DNA of 64,000 nucleotides from Candidatus Eiseniibacteriota bacterium (GTDB lineage: Bacteria; Eisenbacteria; RBG-16-71-46). Where the stretch lies: positions 1 through 64,000 of the forward strand of contig CAVZLN010000009.1 of assembly GCA_963776245.1 (NCBI GenBank), written 5' to 3'. Below, in pieces: positions 1-11,883 of the stretch. A program made the translations under genes and the position numbers. Within the stretch, counting starts at the first letter, position 1; each line of letters begins with the position of its first letter. A model generated the notes under the pieces. It saw only the letters and a program-made list of their open reading frames with translations. It had not been told where the DNA came from and ran no database searches.

Positions 1-202
1 ATGCTACGCCAGCGCGGGTCCCGAGGAAAGTCGTGGGGGCGCGATGCCCCAATACCACGCGATGGCTGTGGTTTTTCGATCCACGCGGTGCGCGCGAGCG
101 CACCGGCGCCTGTCGACGACAAGGCGCCTACGATTGAGCCGATTCGATCCGAACGCTTTGACGCGACGCGGCGGATGCGGCGCCCCGCGTGCGTGCGCAG
201 GC

Positions 203-2453
203 CTAGCGGAACGCCTCCGCGCGCGCGCAGGAGCTCGTCGAGCCCGGGCTCGTTCGGATTCCACGGCTTGCCGGGATGGATGATCGACGACCTGGCAGAC
301 CTCGGCCGCCTCGACCATCTGCCGATAGGTGCCGAGCTTGACGTCGACGATGTACGCCTGCTTGTTGTCGTTGTACTTGAACATCTTGTCGTTGATGTTC
401 TGGCACTCGTTGCAGCTCGGGCAGCGTGCGGTCTCGATCCACGCCTCGTCCGGATTGCGCTCCGGCGCGGCAGGCTCGGTCGCGGCCGCCGCCGCCGCCG
501 TCGCGGTCGCGGCGACGCTGCCGCACCCTCGGCGCCTGCCGCCGGCGCGCCCGGCGCCGCTGCGGCTGCCGCCGCCTTGAGGGCGTCCTGCTCCTTCGCC
601 CTCGCCTGCTCCCATTTCGCCTTCTCGCGCGCGAGCAGGATCTCGGCGTGCGAGTTGTGGATGCCGCCCTGTTCCTGGAGCCGGTGCCAGAACGTCCGGC
701 AACGGGCGGCCATCTGCATGAGCCGCGTGTCGACGATGACCCGCTGCAGCACGTCGTCGGCGATCGACGGCGAGCACGTAGGGAATCGCGTCGCCGACGA
801 CCTTCGGGTCGCGCGCGAGCCACTCGTCCGCCGGGATCATCGCATGCGTTCCAGCGCTCGCGCGGAACGCGGGCGAAATGCGCGGCGTAACGCGTGTCGC
901 AGAGCACGAAGTCGGCGACCGTGAACGGCGTCTCCTCGATCACGCGCTGCGGTTCTCGTCCGCGTATTCGAACGGTGCGACGGGCCAGTCGGCTTCCGGT
1001 TGCGGATTGTCCTCGAGCGCGAAGCGCGCGGCCTGGTTGTCGCCGGCGTACGGATCGTAGGTGAAGGCCGGGAACACGCGCGACTCCATCGCCGCGGCCG
1101 CGGTCAGGTAGGGGGGCAGCTCGCCCACGGCACCGGCGCCCGCATAGACGCTGACGAGGCCCGCTCCGCGGTGCGCGAACGCCTTCGCGAGGCGCTCGCG
1201 CAGCGCGTAGAGGTTCGAGCTCGCGGTCTGCACGACGAACACCCCGCCCAGCGCCGTCGCCGTGTTGGCGAGACGCACCTGGCGCACGCCGAACGCGAAG
1301 TGTCCGGTGCCGACCGGAGGACTCCTCGAGCAGGTCGGTGGCCTCGACGAGCACCTTGACCGGCAGCCCCGCGGAAAGCATGTCCATCATGCCGGCGTTT
1401 TCCGGCGCGTCGGCCCGGTCGGGCGGAATGCACACGAGATAGTCGGGGAACATCGCGATGTCGTCGGCCGACAGCGCGCTCTCGTCGAAATGGGCGAAGA
1501 ACGCGTCGTGCCGCGTCTCGACGTAGCCGCCGTCGGCCTCGAGCTCGGCGATCGATATCGCCTTCACGACGTCGGCGAGCTTCGGCAGCCGCTCGCGATA
1601 GGCGGCCGCTGCGGCGGCGCAGTTGTCGTAGCGGAAGTCGGAACGAGGCCGGCGCGTCGGGACGGTCGGCGAGCCGCGGATCCGGATAGAACGGCTGCCC
1701 CTTCAGGACCGCGAGCGCCCCCTCGATGCGGCGGCGCCGGGACGCCGGCAGCTCGTCCTTGGGCGTATTGCGGGCAACGAGCCGCGACATCACGTTGAAG
1801 TCGAAGACCTCGCGGTGGGTGCCGCCCAGCGACGCGCGCAGCGCGTCGGGGCGCTGGCCGGCCTGCGAGTGGATGAAGGCCGCCCGCAGGATGTCGGAGA
1901 GCTTGATCACCAGCCGGTCGACGGTCGTACGGAACGCCTTGGCCTTGCGCTGCTGCGCGGCCTCCCACATGTGGGCCAGCACGCGCGCGGGCATCGCGCG
2001 GTCGCAGTCGACGACCTCGCCGTCGAGCTGCAGCTTCTCGGCGATGTGCGTCAGCACCCCTTCGGCCGACGGATCGCCCGGCGCCGCCAGGCGTGGCGCG
2101 GCTTCGGCCCAGAGCTCGGTGAGCCTTCCACGGGCGCCGCCCGCGAGCAGCGCGCGAAACTCGCGCTCGAGCCGCAGCACGTGCTTGCGCAGGCGCTCGC
2201 CGTCGATCCCGCGCGGCGCGATCTCCTGCAGCACCTCGTCGACCACCGACGACAGCGACCGCAGCGTGCCGGCGTCGGGCCCGCGGTCGACCAGCACCAG
2301 CGGAAAGTCGTAGCGCAAGCGCGAGAGGTCGCGGTAGCGCGCGAGGAGCGCCGGACGCAGGCCGAGGCCGTCGATCGCGTCGACGCCTTCGCCGTGCCGT
2401 GCTCCCGTCGAGAAGAACAGTCGTTGCTCGTGATGCAGGGCGGCCATGTCCAT
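203..2453 (-). CDS. Large PFOR-related protein with C-terminal ferredoxin domain (several frameshifts, probably sequencing errors)
   Basis: Protein-like segments continue across ORFs 1104-2453, 203-1567, 940-1287 and 4-840. C-terminal WIETARCPSCNECQNIN...AAEVCQV is a ferredoxin motif. Lies downstream of the OFOR alpha and beta genes. Confidence 0.7.
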
Positions 2454-2564
2454 AGCGGATCGCTGTGCTCGAATGTCGTGAATCGGTTAAGGCATGCCAT
2501 CAGTGCCGCACGGCCGTCCGAAGGGCACTGCGCTCGGGGGCAGCGAACCAGTGAGCGTGGCCGT

Positions 2565-3557
2565 TCATCTATGCCACGCGGCGGGCGGCGCTTCGTCGTC
2601 CGGCCAGACGGTGACCTTGTCGAGCTCGGTCTCGAGGCCCGCGCGGATCTGCTCGGCGGTGCGCAGCGGGCCGACGCCGCGCAGGTCGTCGTAGCAGGGC
2701 ACGGCGGGATTGTGGTACAGGATGCCGACCGGTATCGGGTCCTCGCTCGATGCGATCTCGCGCGCCCGATCGAGGTTCAGCGGATCGTGCTCGATCTGGT
2801 TCCGGTAGGTGCGCGACAGCTCGGGCGAGATCGTGAGCCCGTTCGGGTGCGACACGAGCAGCGTCTTGCCGGGGTCGTGCAGCCACGGCTCGAACATCTT
2901 CGGCAGGAACTCGGGGCAGCGCTGGATGATGCGCACGAACGAGAAGCCGCGGTGCAGGTACGCCTGCCGGAGGATGTCGTAGAGCAGCTCGGGAATCCAG
3001 TCGACCGCCTGCGCGACGAACGAGACGTTGGTGACGCCCAGCGTGACCGTCAGCGGGTTCATCGCCTCCAGTGTCGATCCGCGCGGCGTCGTGTTGCTCT
3101 TGAGGCCGCGCGGCGAGGTCGGCGACGCCTGCTTCTTCGTGAGCCCGTACACGTGGTTGTCGTGCAGGATCGCGGTGATGTTCATGTTGTAGCGGATGGC
3201 GTGGATCCAGTGCGCCGCGCCGATGCTGCAGCAGTCGCCGTCGCCGGTGTTGACGAACACGGCGAGGTCGGGCCGCGCCATCTTCACGCCTTCGGCGATC
3301 GGGAACGCGCGGCCGTGGATGCCGTGGAACCCGTAGGTCTTCATGTAGTGCGGAAAGCGCGACGAGCAGCCGATGCCGGACACGAACACCGTGCGCTCCG
3401 GCGCGAGGTCCTCGTCGCGGCACAGCCGCTGCACGGCGGCGAGGATCGCGTTGTCGCCGCAGCCGCTGCACCAGCGCGGCACGCCGCCCTGGTAGTCCTC
3501 GAGATTGTGGTGGGCCTCGTGCAGCTTGATGAGGCACTGGGTGACGGGCATGGTCAT
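2565..3557 (-). CDS. 2-oxoacid:ferredoxin oxidoreductase beta subunit (TPP-binding)
   Basis: PRWCSGCGD, SGIGCSSR, HGIHGRA, GDGDCCSIG and DNHVYGLTK motifs. Confidence 0.93.
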   Translation of the reverse strand: MTMPVTQCLIKLHEAHHNLEDYQGGVPRWCSGCGDNAILAAVQRLCRDEDLAPERTVFVSGIGCSSRFPHYMKTYGFHGIHGRAFPIAEGVKMARPDLAVFVNTGDGDCCSIGAAHWIHAIRYNMNITAILHDNHVYGLTKKQASPTSPRGLKSNTTPRGSTLEAMNPLTVTLGVTNVSFVAQAVDWIPELLYDILRQAYLHRGFSFVRIIQRCPEFLPKMFEPWLHDPGKTLLVSHPNGLTISPELSRTYRNQIEHDPLNLDRAREIASSEDPIPVGILYHNPAVPCYDDLRGVGPLRTAEQIRAGLETELDKVTVWPDDEAPPAAWHR

Positions 3558-3570
3558 GGCGGTTCTCCGG

Positions 3571-5490
3571 CTAGGCCAACGGCTCGGCAAGCTTGGCGCG
3601 CAGCACGCGCACGATAGCGCCCGGCGTGATCGGCTGGCCGCGCGTCTGGGTCCAGCAGTCGACGTCGACGAGGAAGCGCGCGCGCAGCATCATCGCCAGC
3701 GCCGCGTAGCGCCGGTTGTCCTGGTCGATCAGCTCGTCGTCGAGACTGTCGGCCCAGTTGCTCTCGATGGTCATCACGCGCTTGAAGCGCTTCAGGATCT
3801 CGCGAATGCCCGAGGGCATCGGCTGGATGAACGTGAGGTGCAGCGACGACACCTTGCACCCCTCGTCGCGCAGGCGCTCGACCGCTTCCTCGATGGCGCC
3901 CTTCGTGCTGCCCCAGCCGACGACCAGCACGTCGCCTTCGGGGTCGCCGAACACGGGCGGGGTCTTCAGCGTCTTCTGCAGCGCGGCGATCTTGAGGCTG
4001 CGGTTGCGCAGCCCCTCCTCGTTGATCTCGGGATCGTAGGCGACCTTGCTGCCGCGATCGTGCGCGAGGCCGGTCAGCGTGTGCATGCCGCGCGGCTGGC
4101 CCGGGACGAAGCGGCGCGCGATGCCGGTCACCGGATCCCAGTCGTAGGGCTTCACGCCATCGGGAACGGGTGTCTGGTCGAGCGGCGGGGCGAGCCAGTC
4201 GGCGTCGAACTGCGGTCGCGGGAACGGCTGCTGCGCGGTCGAGAGGCTCGCGTCCGACAGCACGACGACCACGGTGTTGAAGGTCTCGGCGATCTTGCGC
4301 GCCGTGATCATCGAGTAGAAGCAGTCCTCGATGCCCGACACCGCCATCACGACCTTGGGCGCGTCGCCGTGGCTGCCGTAGATCGCCGTGAGCAGGTCGC
4401 CCTGCTCGAGCTTGGTCGGCTGGCCGGTGGACGGCCCGCCGCGCTGGACGTTGATGACCACCAGCGGGATCTCGGCCATCACCGCGAGCCCGATGCCCTC
4501 CTGCTTCAGCGAGTAGCCCGGCCCCGAGGTGACCGTGACCGCGCACTTGCCGGCGTAGGAGGCGCCGATCGCGAACGCGCAGGCGGCGATCTCGTCCTCC
4601 GCCTGGTGGACGATGCCGCCGACCCGCTCGAACACGTCGGACAGGTAGTGCGAGACCGACGTCGCCGGCGTGATCGGATACATCGCGCAGATGTCCATGC
4701 CGGAGGCCAGCACGCCCGAGCGCCAGCGCGGTGTTGCCGTTGACGACGATCTGCGCCTCCGTCGACCGCACCGCGGGAATCCGGTACTTGAAGTCGAAGT
4801 TCTTCTCGGCCCAGTGCGAAGCCGGCCTCGAGCAGCCCCTGGTTGACCTCGATGACCTTCGCGGTCCTTCTTGCCGAACGTGAGCGCGACCTGCTCGCGG
4901 CCGAGCTTCGGGTCGAGGCTGTACAGGTTGCACAGCATCCCGAGCACGAACATGTTCTTGCCCTTGCGGGGATCGGCGACCAGCTTGTGGCACTCGCGCT
5001 CGAGCGGGACCTCGTAGACGCGGAAGCCGGCCTCCTTCAGCATCGTCGACGCGTCTCGACATACGAGGCGACGACCTTCGGGTCGCGATGCTCGCGCCAC
5101 ATGCTCTCGAGCAGGATCTGCGCGCCGGGCTTCAGCTCGCCGGCGCGCACGCGGCCGAGCAGCACCTGCTCGTTGAACGCGACGACGAGGTCGGTCTCGT
5201 CGCCGCCGTTGGTCACCCGCTTCGTGCCGATGCGGATGCGGATGCCGCGACGCACCCGCGACGCTGCGCGCCGGCGGCTGGATCTCGGCCGGGATGATCT
5301 CGGTCGTCCAGATGCCGTTGCCGGTCCTCGCGGCGATGGCGCCGAGCGACTGGCCGCAGCGCTGCGCGCCCTCGCCGGAGTCGCTGATGATCTCGACGAT
5401 GTGCTCGGTCAGCGTTTCCGCTTCGCGCAGCGCGGTCGGCGGGACCGGCGCGCGGGCGGCGCCCGGAGCCAGCGTGGCAACTTCGGTCAT
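3571..5490 (-). CDS. 2-oxoacid:ferredoxin oxidoreductase alpha subunit (frameshifted)
   Basis: SDSGEG, YPITPAT, QAEDEIAA, TSGPG, VQRGGPSTGQPTK and GWGST motifs; short out-of-frame stretches near 4720-4860 and 5040-5255. Confidence 0.92.
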   Translation of the reverse strand: MTEVATLAPGAARAPVPPTALREAETLTEHIVEIISDSGEGAQRCGQSLGAIAARTGNGIWTTEIIPAEIQPPARSVAGASRHPHPHRHEAGDQRRRRDRPRRRVQRAGAARPRARRRAEARRADPAREHVARASRPEGRRLVCRDASTMLKEAGFRVYEVPLERECHKLVADPRKGKNMFVLGMLCNLYSLDPKLGREQVALTFGKKDREGHRGQPGAARGRLRTGPRRTSTSSTGFPRCGRRRRRSSSTATPRWRSGVLASGMDICAMYPITPATSVSHYLSDVFERVGGIVHQAEDEIAACAFAIGASYAGKCAVTVTSGPGYSLKQEGIGLAVMAEIPLVVINVQRGGPSTGQPTKLEQGDLLTAIYGSHGDAPKVVMAVSGIEDCFYSMITARKIAETFNTVVVVLSDASLSTAQQPFPRPQFDADWLAPPLDQTPVPDGVKPYDWDPVTGIARRFVPGQPRGMHTLTGLAHDRGSKVAYDPEINEEGLRNRSLKIAALQKTLKTPPVFGDPEGDVLVVGWGSTKGAIEEAVERLRDEGCKVSSLHLTFIQPMPSGIREILKRFKRVMTIESNWADSLDDELIDQDNRRYAALAMMLRARFLVDVDCWTQTRGQPITPGAIVRVLRAKLAEPLA

Positions 5491-5528
5491 GGTCTCAGCG
5501 ACTGTCCTTCGGTGCGGCATGCGGATGC

Positions 5529-6712
<1,184 letters not shown>

Positions 6713-7212
6713 TCCCCGCGCCGGGAGCGCCCGCGCCGCTCGCCGCCGCGACCCCGCTCGACAGCGCGAACAGGGCGCCCTCGGTCGAGACCGTCGCTCC
6801 GCCGGCGACGAGCGCACCCACGCCGGTCGCGCCGACGCCAGTCGCGGCGACTCCCGCCGCGCCGACGGCTGCGGTGCCGGCGCCTGCCGCGAAGACAGCC
6901 GCGAGCGCGCAGGTTGTCGCCAGCGGGCCCGCGAGCGTCGCCGCCGCGACCGCCCATCGCTACGGCGTGATCGTTCGCACACTCATCATGCGAGGACGCG
7001 CGGACGAAGAGCGGCTGCGGCTTGCCGCCGCCTCCGGCCTGCCCGCGCGCGTGATCGCCGTGAAGGATGGCACCGGCGAAGCGTTCCGCGTGGTGCTGGG
7101 CGCGTGGGACGATCGCGGCGCCGCCGAGCGTGGGGCCAGCGACCTCATCCGCAGGGGCCTGGTGGACGAGGCGCGCGTGGTGTCCATCGGCCGCGCGCCC
7201 GCGAAGCCATAA
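6713..7212 (+). CDS. SPOR-domain protein, C-terminal part only
   Basis: Pro/Ala-rich linker followed by YGVIVRT...FRVVLGAWDDRGAAE...LIRRGL...ARVV, a SPOR-like domain; no start codon, begins at the junction. Confidence 0.6.
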
Positions 7213-7304
7213 CGATCCGGCGAACGAGAACCGCGCGGCAACCCGGGCTTCGACTTGCCGCCGGCCCCCGCGACCGGCTAGGTTGTCGCGCCTTCCGCAA
7301 TCGC

Positions 7305-7380
<76 letters not shown>

Positions 7381-7553
7381 GAGACAACCAGCGTAGGGCC
7401 GCCTCAGGCATCGCGGCGACACGTCCACGAAGACAGGGCAAGCACTCGGACCTTCGCCACGCTTGGGTCACCGTGCTAAGGTCCCGGTCGTCGGTCAACA
7501 TCTGGCGTCACCTCTCGCTGGCGCCTACTTCAACGTGACTGACGCCGTGTTCG

Positions 7554-8105
7554 TTGGAGTACCCGGTGAGGCCGACCCTGAATGAACGCACGCTGTCCCG
7601 AACGCTCTTCCTCCTGGGCGTCCTTCTGGCGCTCGCGAGTCCACGCCCATTCCCGGCGCACGCGGCGTCGCCCGCTCCCAGCGTACTCATGCGGCTGGAC
7701 GACCGCCTGCTGCAGACCTCGAGAGTGCGCATCACGACGCCATCCGGCTGGCTCGTGGCGGAGGGTGCACGGGTGAGCGTGGAAGGCCTCGCCTATCACA
7801 ACATCCTCGCGACGGCCGGCGGCGGAGCGCGGCCCATCCCGGGCTGCATTCCGTGGGAAGAAACCGTCCGGGTCGATAGGCCGAGCAATCACGCGCTTGG
7901 GGCGGTGCTTGTCAGCGGGTTGGTCATGGGAATCTTCGCGGGACTGGCCACGCGGTCGGAGATGGAGCAAGGCAACGACTTCGCGGGTTTGATGCCGTTA
8001 TTGGTCGCCGTCCCGGTAGTTGGCCTTGCCACCGGCGTGGGCGCACTGACTCCCGCATGGCATCCCATTTATCGAAAACCCCACGCTCCGGCCCGCGGAC
8101 GATGA
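7554..8105 (+). CDS. Hypothetical exported/membrane protein (paralog A)
   Basis: Signal peptide, RVRITT, IPWEE, two Gly-rich TM helices, WHPIY near the C-terminus; start uncertain. Confidence 0.65.
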   Translation: MEYPVRPTLNERTLSRTLFLLGVLLALASPRPFPAHAASPAPSVLMRLDDRLLQTSRVRITTPSGWLVAEGARVSVEGLAYHNILATAGGGARPIPGCIPWEETVRVDRPSNHALGAVLVSGLVMGIFAGLATRSEMEQGNDFAGLMPLLVAVPVVGLATGVGALTPAWHPIYRKPHAPARGR

Positions 8106-8608
8106 GCGCCCTGCTCCGGTTATTCGTGCTCGCGCTGCTGCTCATCGCCGCGAGCGTCGCCGCCGCCGATGGAGGCGCGCCCGAGGGTGCGCGCCTCTCC
8201 CAACTCGACTCGAAGCTTTCGGCGGCCAAGCGCGCCAGAATCACGACGAGGGGCGGAGTGGCGGTGGTTTCCGAGATGCGCGCGACTCCCGCGGGCATCC
8301 CGTACGACAATCTGATGGTCTCGCAGGGGAGCGACTCACTGCGAAGTTCGGGTCTCATCGAGTGGAAGGAGATCCGCGGGGTCGAGACGACGGACGGAAC
8401 GCCGTCGCTCTGGCTCAAGCCCTGGACGCTTGCGCTCGCGGGGGCTGGCCTGGGACTGGTGGTGTTCCACGCGGCGGGAGGCACCACCACATCGTGGAGC
8501 GCCAACCAGTCTCCGACCCCGTTTATCGTCGTCGGGGCCGCGGTGGGATATGGCAGCGGGCTGTTTGCGAAACGATTCAGCTCGCCCTGGCGGTCCATTT
8601 ACCCGTAG
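8102..8608 (+). CDS. Hypothetical exported/membrane protein (paralog B)
   Basis: ATGA overlap with paralog A; RARITT, IEWKE, Gly-rich TMs, WRSIYP C-terminus. Confidence 0.7.
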   Translation: MSALLRLFVLALLLIAASVAAADGGAPEGARLSQLDSKLSAAKRARITTRGGVAVVSEMRATPAGIPYDNLMVSQGSDSLRSSGLIEWKEIRGVETTDGTPSLWLKPWTLALAGAGLGLVVFHAAGGTTTSWSANQSPTPFIVVGAAVGYGSGLFAKRFSSPWRSIYP

Positions 8609-8621
8609 CACGCGACGCGTT

Positions 8622-8717
8622 GGCTCAGGCCGCGGATTCAATTTCTTGTCGGAGTACGTCCATCCCCCGCAACCACCCCATCAAGCGGTTCGAAGACTCG
8701 ATGGTTGGGGACGCCAG
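8622..8717. repeat. att-like repeat R1 (tRNA-Glu 3' end plus conserved arm)
   Basis: Ends in GTTGGGGACGCCAG, identical to the tRNA 3' end; ungapped match to R2 (74/96 by hand count) and R3 (65/96); minus strand reads LASPTIESSNRLMGWLRGMDVLRQEIESAA*. Confidence 0.9.
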
Positions 8718-8866
8718 CTGCCTCCATTGAGACGCAGGGACTTGCGGGCGCCTCGAAGCCTTCGAACGCCACAGTTGTGGCCGAGCCAATGTGGGCACTG
8801 GCGTGGAATACCCGATGAAGTGCTAGCACCCGGCACCTGCAAGACAAGAGCCAGCCGGGTCCCGCC

Positions 8867-10120
8867 CTAATAGCGCGCGAGTATCTCCTGACGCTTGCGT
8901 TCGAATTCTCCCTGGGTGATCAGGCCTGACTCACGAGCCCGCTGAAGCTGCTTCAGTTGCTCTTCCAGTGAGAGTTTTGGAGCAGCGGACGAGGACTCGC
9001 TTGAGGGCTGCGCCGCTGCCGTTGGCCCGGCGGGGTTGAGCAGCTCGCTTCCCTCCTGCTGCAGCGCCATCATGACCCGTTGGGTTTGCTGGAAGTTCGC
9101 CAAGCTCGCCAGATCTCGGCGGCCGACGAGGAAATCCGACAGCCCGGCGATGGCTGCCACCCGGGACTGATCTTGAGGGTGTGTGCTGAACAGCACGTTG
9201 CGCCGCTCATCCAAGAGCGCCGCGTTGTAACCCTCGACGACCTGGTTGTACTGGAGCCGCCTGTTCTCGGCATCGCGGCAGATCGCATTCACCTTGTCGG
9301 CGTTGGCCTGCGTCTGGTACGCCGAATTCCCCTTGAACCACTGGCCCCACTTCTGGCAGTTCACTTGGGTCTGCTCGTACTCGCCGCGTGACCGCGCCAG
9401 AGCGGCTTCGCGTTGCTGGCGGCTGGTGTCCTGTACACGCTGAGAACGCGTGAAGAAATCGGCCCCTCGTAACGGGTCGTAACCTGCCCGCCGCGCAATG
9501 CAGCAAGCGATGGCATCGGCCTCCTGCTCATCCACGCGGTTGTACGAGCTCGTGATGGCGGTGGCGACGCCATTGAGGGCGTCTCGGTTCTTATCCGAGA
9601 AGAGCGCCGCCAATCCAGCAACGGCAGCCCAGGACGTTGAACCGTCGCTCGCCTGCCGTTCGTTGTGCTTGAGCAGTGAATGCCCGAGTTCATGCGAGAG
9701 AATGAAGGCCAACTCGTCGTCGCTGGGGTTCTGGGCAATCAATCCGGAGTAGACGTACACGTACTTGCCGCCCGCCACGAAGGCATTGACGACCTTGGGG
9801 TCGGTATCCAGGACGCGCACGACCCACTCGGTGGGATTCCCGCCGGCGCCACGGAGTAGCCCTGTGACCATTGCGTTGACGCGAGTGGAACGTTCGTCCG
9901 TCACGAGGTAGACGCGGACTCCCTCGACGGCACCGGCCGAAATCATCTTGTCATCGAACTCGCGCGCCTGCGCAACTGCCTCTGGAGAGATCGGTGACTT
10001 CAATGCCGCCGTGATGGCTTCGACACTGTGCTGATCGGCGCCGACCGCAGTTGTCGGAGTCAAGAGAACCGCGACCAGGACCGAAGAGCACACTGCGAGG
10101 CAATAAGTCATTTTCGGCAT
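8867..10120 (-). CDS. M48 family zinc metalloprotease with C-terminal SHOCT domain
   Basis: Signal peptide, VNAFVAGG, ELAFILSHELGH (HExxH), EQEADA, FSTHP; C-terminal LKQLQRARESGLITQGEFERKRQEIL. Confidence 0.88.
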   Translation of the reverse strand: MPKMTYCLAVCSSVLVAVLLTPTTAVGADQHSVEAITAALKSPISPEAVAQAREFDDKMISAGAVEGVRVYLVTDERSTRVNAMVTGLLRGAGGNPTEWVVRVLDTDPKVVNAFVAGGKYVYVYSGLIAQNPSDDELAFILSHELGHSLLKHNERQASDGSTSWAAVAGLAALFSDKNRDALNGVATAITSSYNRVDEQEADAIACCIARRAGYDPLRGADFFTRSQRVQDTSRQQREAALARSRGEYEQTQVNCQKWGQWFKGNSAYQTQANADKVNAICRDAENRRLQYNQVVEGYNAALLDERRNVLFSTHPQDQSRVAAIAGLSDFLVGRRDLASLANFQQTQRVMMALQQEGSELLNPAGPTAAAQPSSESSSAAPKLSLEEQLKQLQRARESGLITQGEFERKRQEILARY

Positions 10121-10420
10121 GCTCAGGTTCCCTCCGAGCATCGGGCCACAAGCATGGGCCTGGCGGTCTCTAGTGCCGAAGCGGCCCTCACCTTGCTTCT
10201 GCATCGGCTATCTCGGTGCGTGCCTTTAGCCTGATGCACTTCGCGACACCAACGCTGCGGGGCCCACGCAAGGCACGCCACCCACACGTGGGCCACGCTG
10301 CTCTGACCCCTATTTCGTGAGACACCCGCCGACCGTTTCTGACCTCTGTTCACGCCGGTATTCGACCGGGCTCCGGTAGCCCAGCGCCGAGTGCGGCGCC
10401 CGCTCGTTGTAGTCGGCGGT

Positions 10421-11155
10421 CTACCCGGGCACCTGCTCCCGCAGCCTGGCCGCGGTCGAGCGATCCGCCCCGTCCAGGTAGTCCCGCCGCAGCGTGTTCA
10501 CGAACGCCTCCGACATCCCGTTCGATTCTGGGCTCGCCACTGGCGTCGTGATCGGCGTCAGCCCGAGCTTCTCCGCCTCAATCACGGTCTCGAGCGAGGT
10601 GTACACCGCGCCGTTGTCGGACAGCCACTCCAGGCGCTCGGTCGGCCGCTCGTTGCCGAACCGCGCGAACATCGCCTGCCGTATCAGCCGGCGGATGTCG
10701 TCGCTCTTCAGCGCCCGTGCCTCGGCTACGACGCTGATCGCCTCGCGGTCGCAGCAGTCGAGCGCGAAGGCCAACTCGACCAGCTCGCCGTTCCAGCACG
10801 TGATGGTCATCGTGTCGCTGCACCAGCGCTGGTTCGAGCCGGCGCAGATCACCTTCCCACGGTGCGCCCGAGGGTTCCGCACCCGGCGCCGGATCGGCAC
10901 CGCCAGGCCCGTCAGCCGCATCACCCGTTGGATGCGCTTGCGGTTGTACGTCGCCTCGTACGCCCGGTTCACCAGCACGGTGGCCCGTCGGTAGCCGTAG
11001 CTGCCTCGATCCCGCAGCACTTCCTTCAGCTGTGCGTACACCGCAGCATCGTCCTGCCGGTGGTAGCGTTTCGCTCGCGGTGAGCGATCCCGGTACGCCG
11101 TCGCCCGGCTGATCCGCAGCACGCGGCAGAGCGTGGTCACAGGTTGGCGCGTCAC
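10421..11155 (-). CDS. IS3-family transposase OrfB (DDE), cut short by an in-frame TAG
   Basis: YGYRR, WCSD, LSDNG, SPESNGMSEAF motifs; the frame continues past the TAG as TADYNERAPHSALGYRSP. Confidence 0.9.
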   Translation of the reverse strand: MTRQPVTTLCRVLRISRATAYRDRSPRAKRYHRQDDAAVYAQLKEVLRDRGSYGYRRATVLVNRAYEATYNRKRIQRVMRLTGLAVPIRRRVRNPRAHRGKVICAGSNQRWCSDTMTITCWNGELVELAFALDCCDREAISVVAEARALKSDDIRRLIRQAMFARFGNERPTERLEWLSDNGAVYTSLETVIEAEKLGLTPITTPVASPESNGMSEAFVNTLRRDYLDGADRSTAARLREQVPG

Positions 11156-11505
11156 CGCTTGGACACTCCGTAGAAGCGTGGTCTTTTCTTTACCTCGTCG
11201 CGCGCCGCACGCAGGATCTCGAGCTCGACTTCCTTCTTGCCGAGCAGCCGCTGCAGTTCGCGGATCTGCTGCTGGGCCAGCTTGAGTTCGCTGGCCGGCA
11301 CCACGTCTTCGTTCGCCGCCACCGCGGTCGCGCCGCCCTGGGCGATCAAGTGCTTCCAGCGCTGCAGGACGCTGCGCGAGATCCCCAATTCGCGGCTCAG
11401 TTCCGTGAGCGTCAACTCACCCCGCTGAAGGCGGGCAACCTGTTCACGCTTGAAGTCGGGCGAGAACAGCCGGCGCCCGTCCGATCCCCGTGGTACGTTC
11501 TCCAT
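11152..11505 (-). CDS. IS3-family transposase OrfA (HTH)
   Basis: RRLFSPDFK...LSRELGISRSVLQRWK...IRELQRLLGKK; overlaps orfB in the -1 frame. Confidence 0.9.
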   Translation of the reverse strand: MENVPRGSDGRRLFSPDFKREQVARLQRGELTLTELSRELGISRSVLQRWKHLIAQGGATAVAANEDVVPASELKLAQQQIRELQRLLGKKEVELEILRAARDEVKKRPRFYGVSKR

Positions 11506-11787
11506 CGCACCCTCCTCGGTACCTCGATGGTACCTGCTGAGGGTGTCTCGTCGAATTGGGGGTCAGAGCACACGCGATGAGAACCTCAAGCCCCCTCAAT
11601 CTGGCGAGCTACGCACGGCCTGTGGTTCAGACCTGGTCGCGTGGGTTCCCCGCCTGCCACCAGAGGGATGCTTCGGCTCTGCGCCGGGCTGCAATCCTGG
11701 GGAACGGCCATGCGACAGCCTGCCGTGACCGCCCGCGACATCTTTGTCCCGAAGGGGGAAGAGGGGACGTCATTGGGCACTGGCGCG

Positions 11788-11883
11788 GGCTCAGGCTGCA
11801 GAACCGATTCCCTGGCGAAGGGCGTCCATTCCCCGAATCCAGCCAAGCAGCCGGTTCGAATTCTCGATGGTTGGGGACGCAAG
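11788..11883. repeat. att-like repeat R2
   Basis: Ends in GTTGGGGACGCAAG; minus strand reads LASPTIENSNRLLGWIRGMDALRQGIGSAA*. Confidence 0.9.

Larger units (their letters stand above)
10299..11570 (-). mobile_element. IS3-family (IS2-like) insertion sequence, 1272 bp
   Basis: Terminal IRs TGCTCTGACCCCTATTTCGTGAGACACCC and reverse-complement TGCTCTGACCCCCAATTCGACGAGACACCC; 5-bp target duplication CACGC at 10294-10298 and 11571-11575; orfA and orfB. Confidence 0.95.

Noticed and set aside
8657..8717. Repeats as extra tRNA genes
   Set aside because: They have a T-loop-like motif and the 3' end but no D arm or anticodon arm.
10421..10423. Amber readthrough or recoding in IS OrfB
   Set aside because: It is a single instance, and TAG is a normal stop for many genes here.
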